NCBI GenBank assembly: GCA_030704615.1
Contig: CM060732.1
Coordinates: 5,084,001-5,148,000 of the forward strand
Length of the DNA: 64,000 bases
Direction of reading: 5' to 3'
DNA from: Takakia lepidozioides
Lineage: Eukaryota; Plantae; Bryophyta
Made by a program: the position numbers and the translations under genes. The notes under the pieces were generated by a model. The model did no database searches, was not told the DNA's origin, and saw only the letters and a program-made list of their open reading frames with translations. Of the stretch, positions 63,202 to 64,000 are shown piece by piece; position 1 is the first letter of the stretch, and each line of letters starts with the position of its first letter.

Positions 63202-63745
63202 AAATCATGCATACATCCTTGCCTTGTTGCTAGCAGCTGACAATGACAGCCTAGATTTTTTCTAGGAAACACCCAAACCCTACTTATCACACTAGTTCCT
63301 ATGCTACTTGCGTCTGCTTCCGAAAATGCATTCACTTTTTTGCCTCGGTTGTCCCACCATTGACTGGGGTCAAAAAAGTATTCATTCCACAACTTCTCCT
63401 CGTCTCTGTTACCTGTTTTTGGATACTTTTCTGTTGTCACATTGGCAGTATCATGTCAACGTCACTCCAAACTATCAAAGATTCACTCAACCAACTAACT
63501 TGCAAAATTCAAGATGAAAATTTAAGGCCGACTCTGATAACAGGGGAAAAAATGGTGAAATGTGTTGAAGAAGGTGCCTGGAGTAGCAGTGCCTGATTTT
63601 ATCAATTGTGCCGATGTTGTGGCTTCCAGTTGACCATCTACCCATGCAGGTTTCTTGTAGCTATCCTTCCACAGGGAATCGTAGATAATATGGAGCTTCC
63701 CCTCTTGGATGAATCTGGACCCATACTCTATCCCCACTCCTTCAG
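63202..63745 (-). pseudogene. PDF-motif gene fragment
   Basis: EEKLWNEYFFDPSQWWDNRGKK and YDSLWKDSYKKPAWVDGQLEA. Confidence 0.8.
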
Positions 63746-64000
63746 CACGGCGTGAAGTTCTTCCAGCAAACATGGAATGCGGATGAATCGTGAATGGAAG
63801 TTGGATAAAAGTTGGATAAAAGTTTGGTGGATGGTGGAAGATCAATGAATGAATGTCGGATTGATTTGAGATGTATTTTGGATGAAGTCCGGCACACCGA
63901 TGGAACTCGATTTTAAATAAATCTAGACTTTCCAAAGTCCAGGAATAACATAGATATTGATTTATTGATTTATTTAAATTGAATAAAAATTCACTATGAA

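Overview
This is eukaryotic, intron-containing DNA, most likely from a non-seed land plant (inferred from PLS-type PPR fragments, OSB-type PDF motifs, a plastid-type arogenate dehydratase and CACTA elements). Two host genes look intact, both on the minus strand: a RIN13-like Cys/His protein (24747-27237) and an intron-rich arogenate/prephenate dehydratase (40948-44248). The rest is largely nested mobile DNA: a tRNA-derived SINE, LINE fragments, three CACTA elements with verified TIRs (two carry captured PDF-motif DNA, one of them also PPR repeats), a piggyBac-like MITE, gypsy fragments and a gag-protease element with split direct repeats. The most striking part is a compact ~17 kb cluster (4341-21053). 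It contains a GCM-domain + MULE-type DDE + SWIM transposase gene, head-to-head with a multi-exon gene fusing a ParB-like (DGNHR) domain to a beta-class amino-DNA-methyltransferase-like domain. The predicted first intron of that gene holds ~22 copies of a 116-bp unit with a conserved 36-bp palindrome. A convergent RAG1/Transib-like transposase gene follows. A second, diverged GCM-MULE gene at 32-34 kb also has an upstream palindrome array with the same TGCGG-NN-CCGCA core, which resembles the GCM-binding site. All cluster genes carry stops or frameshifts, so this copy is decayed. Domain calls rest on motif recognition by eye; no database search was run.
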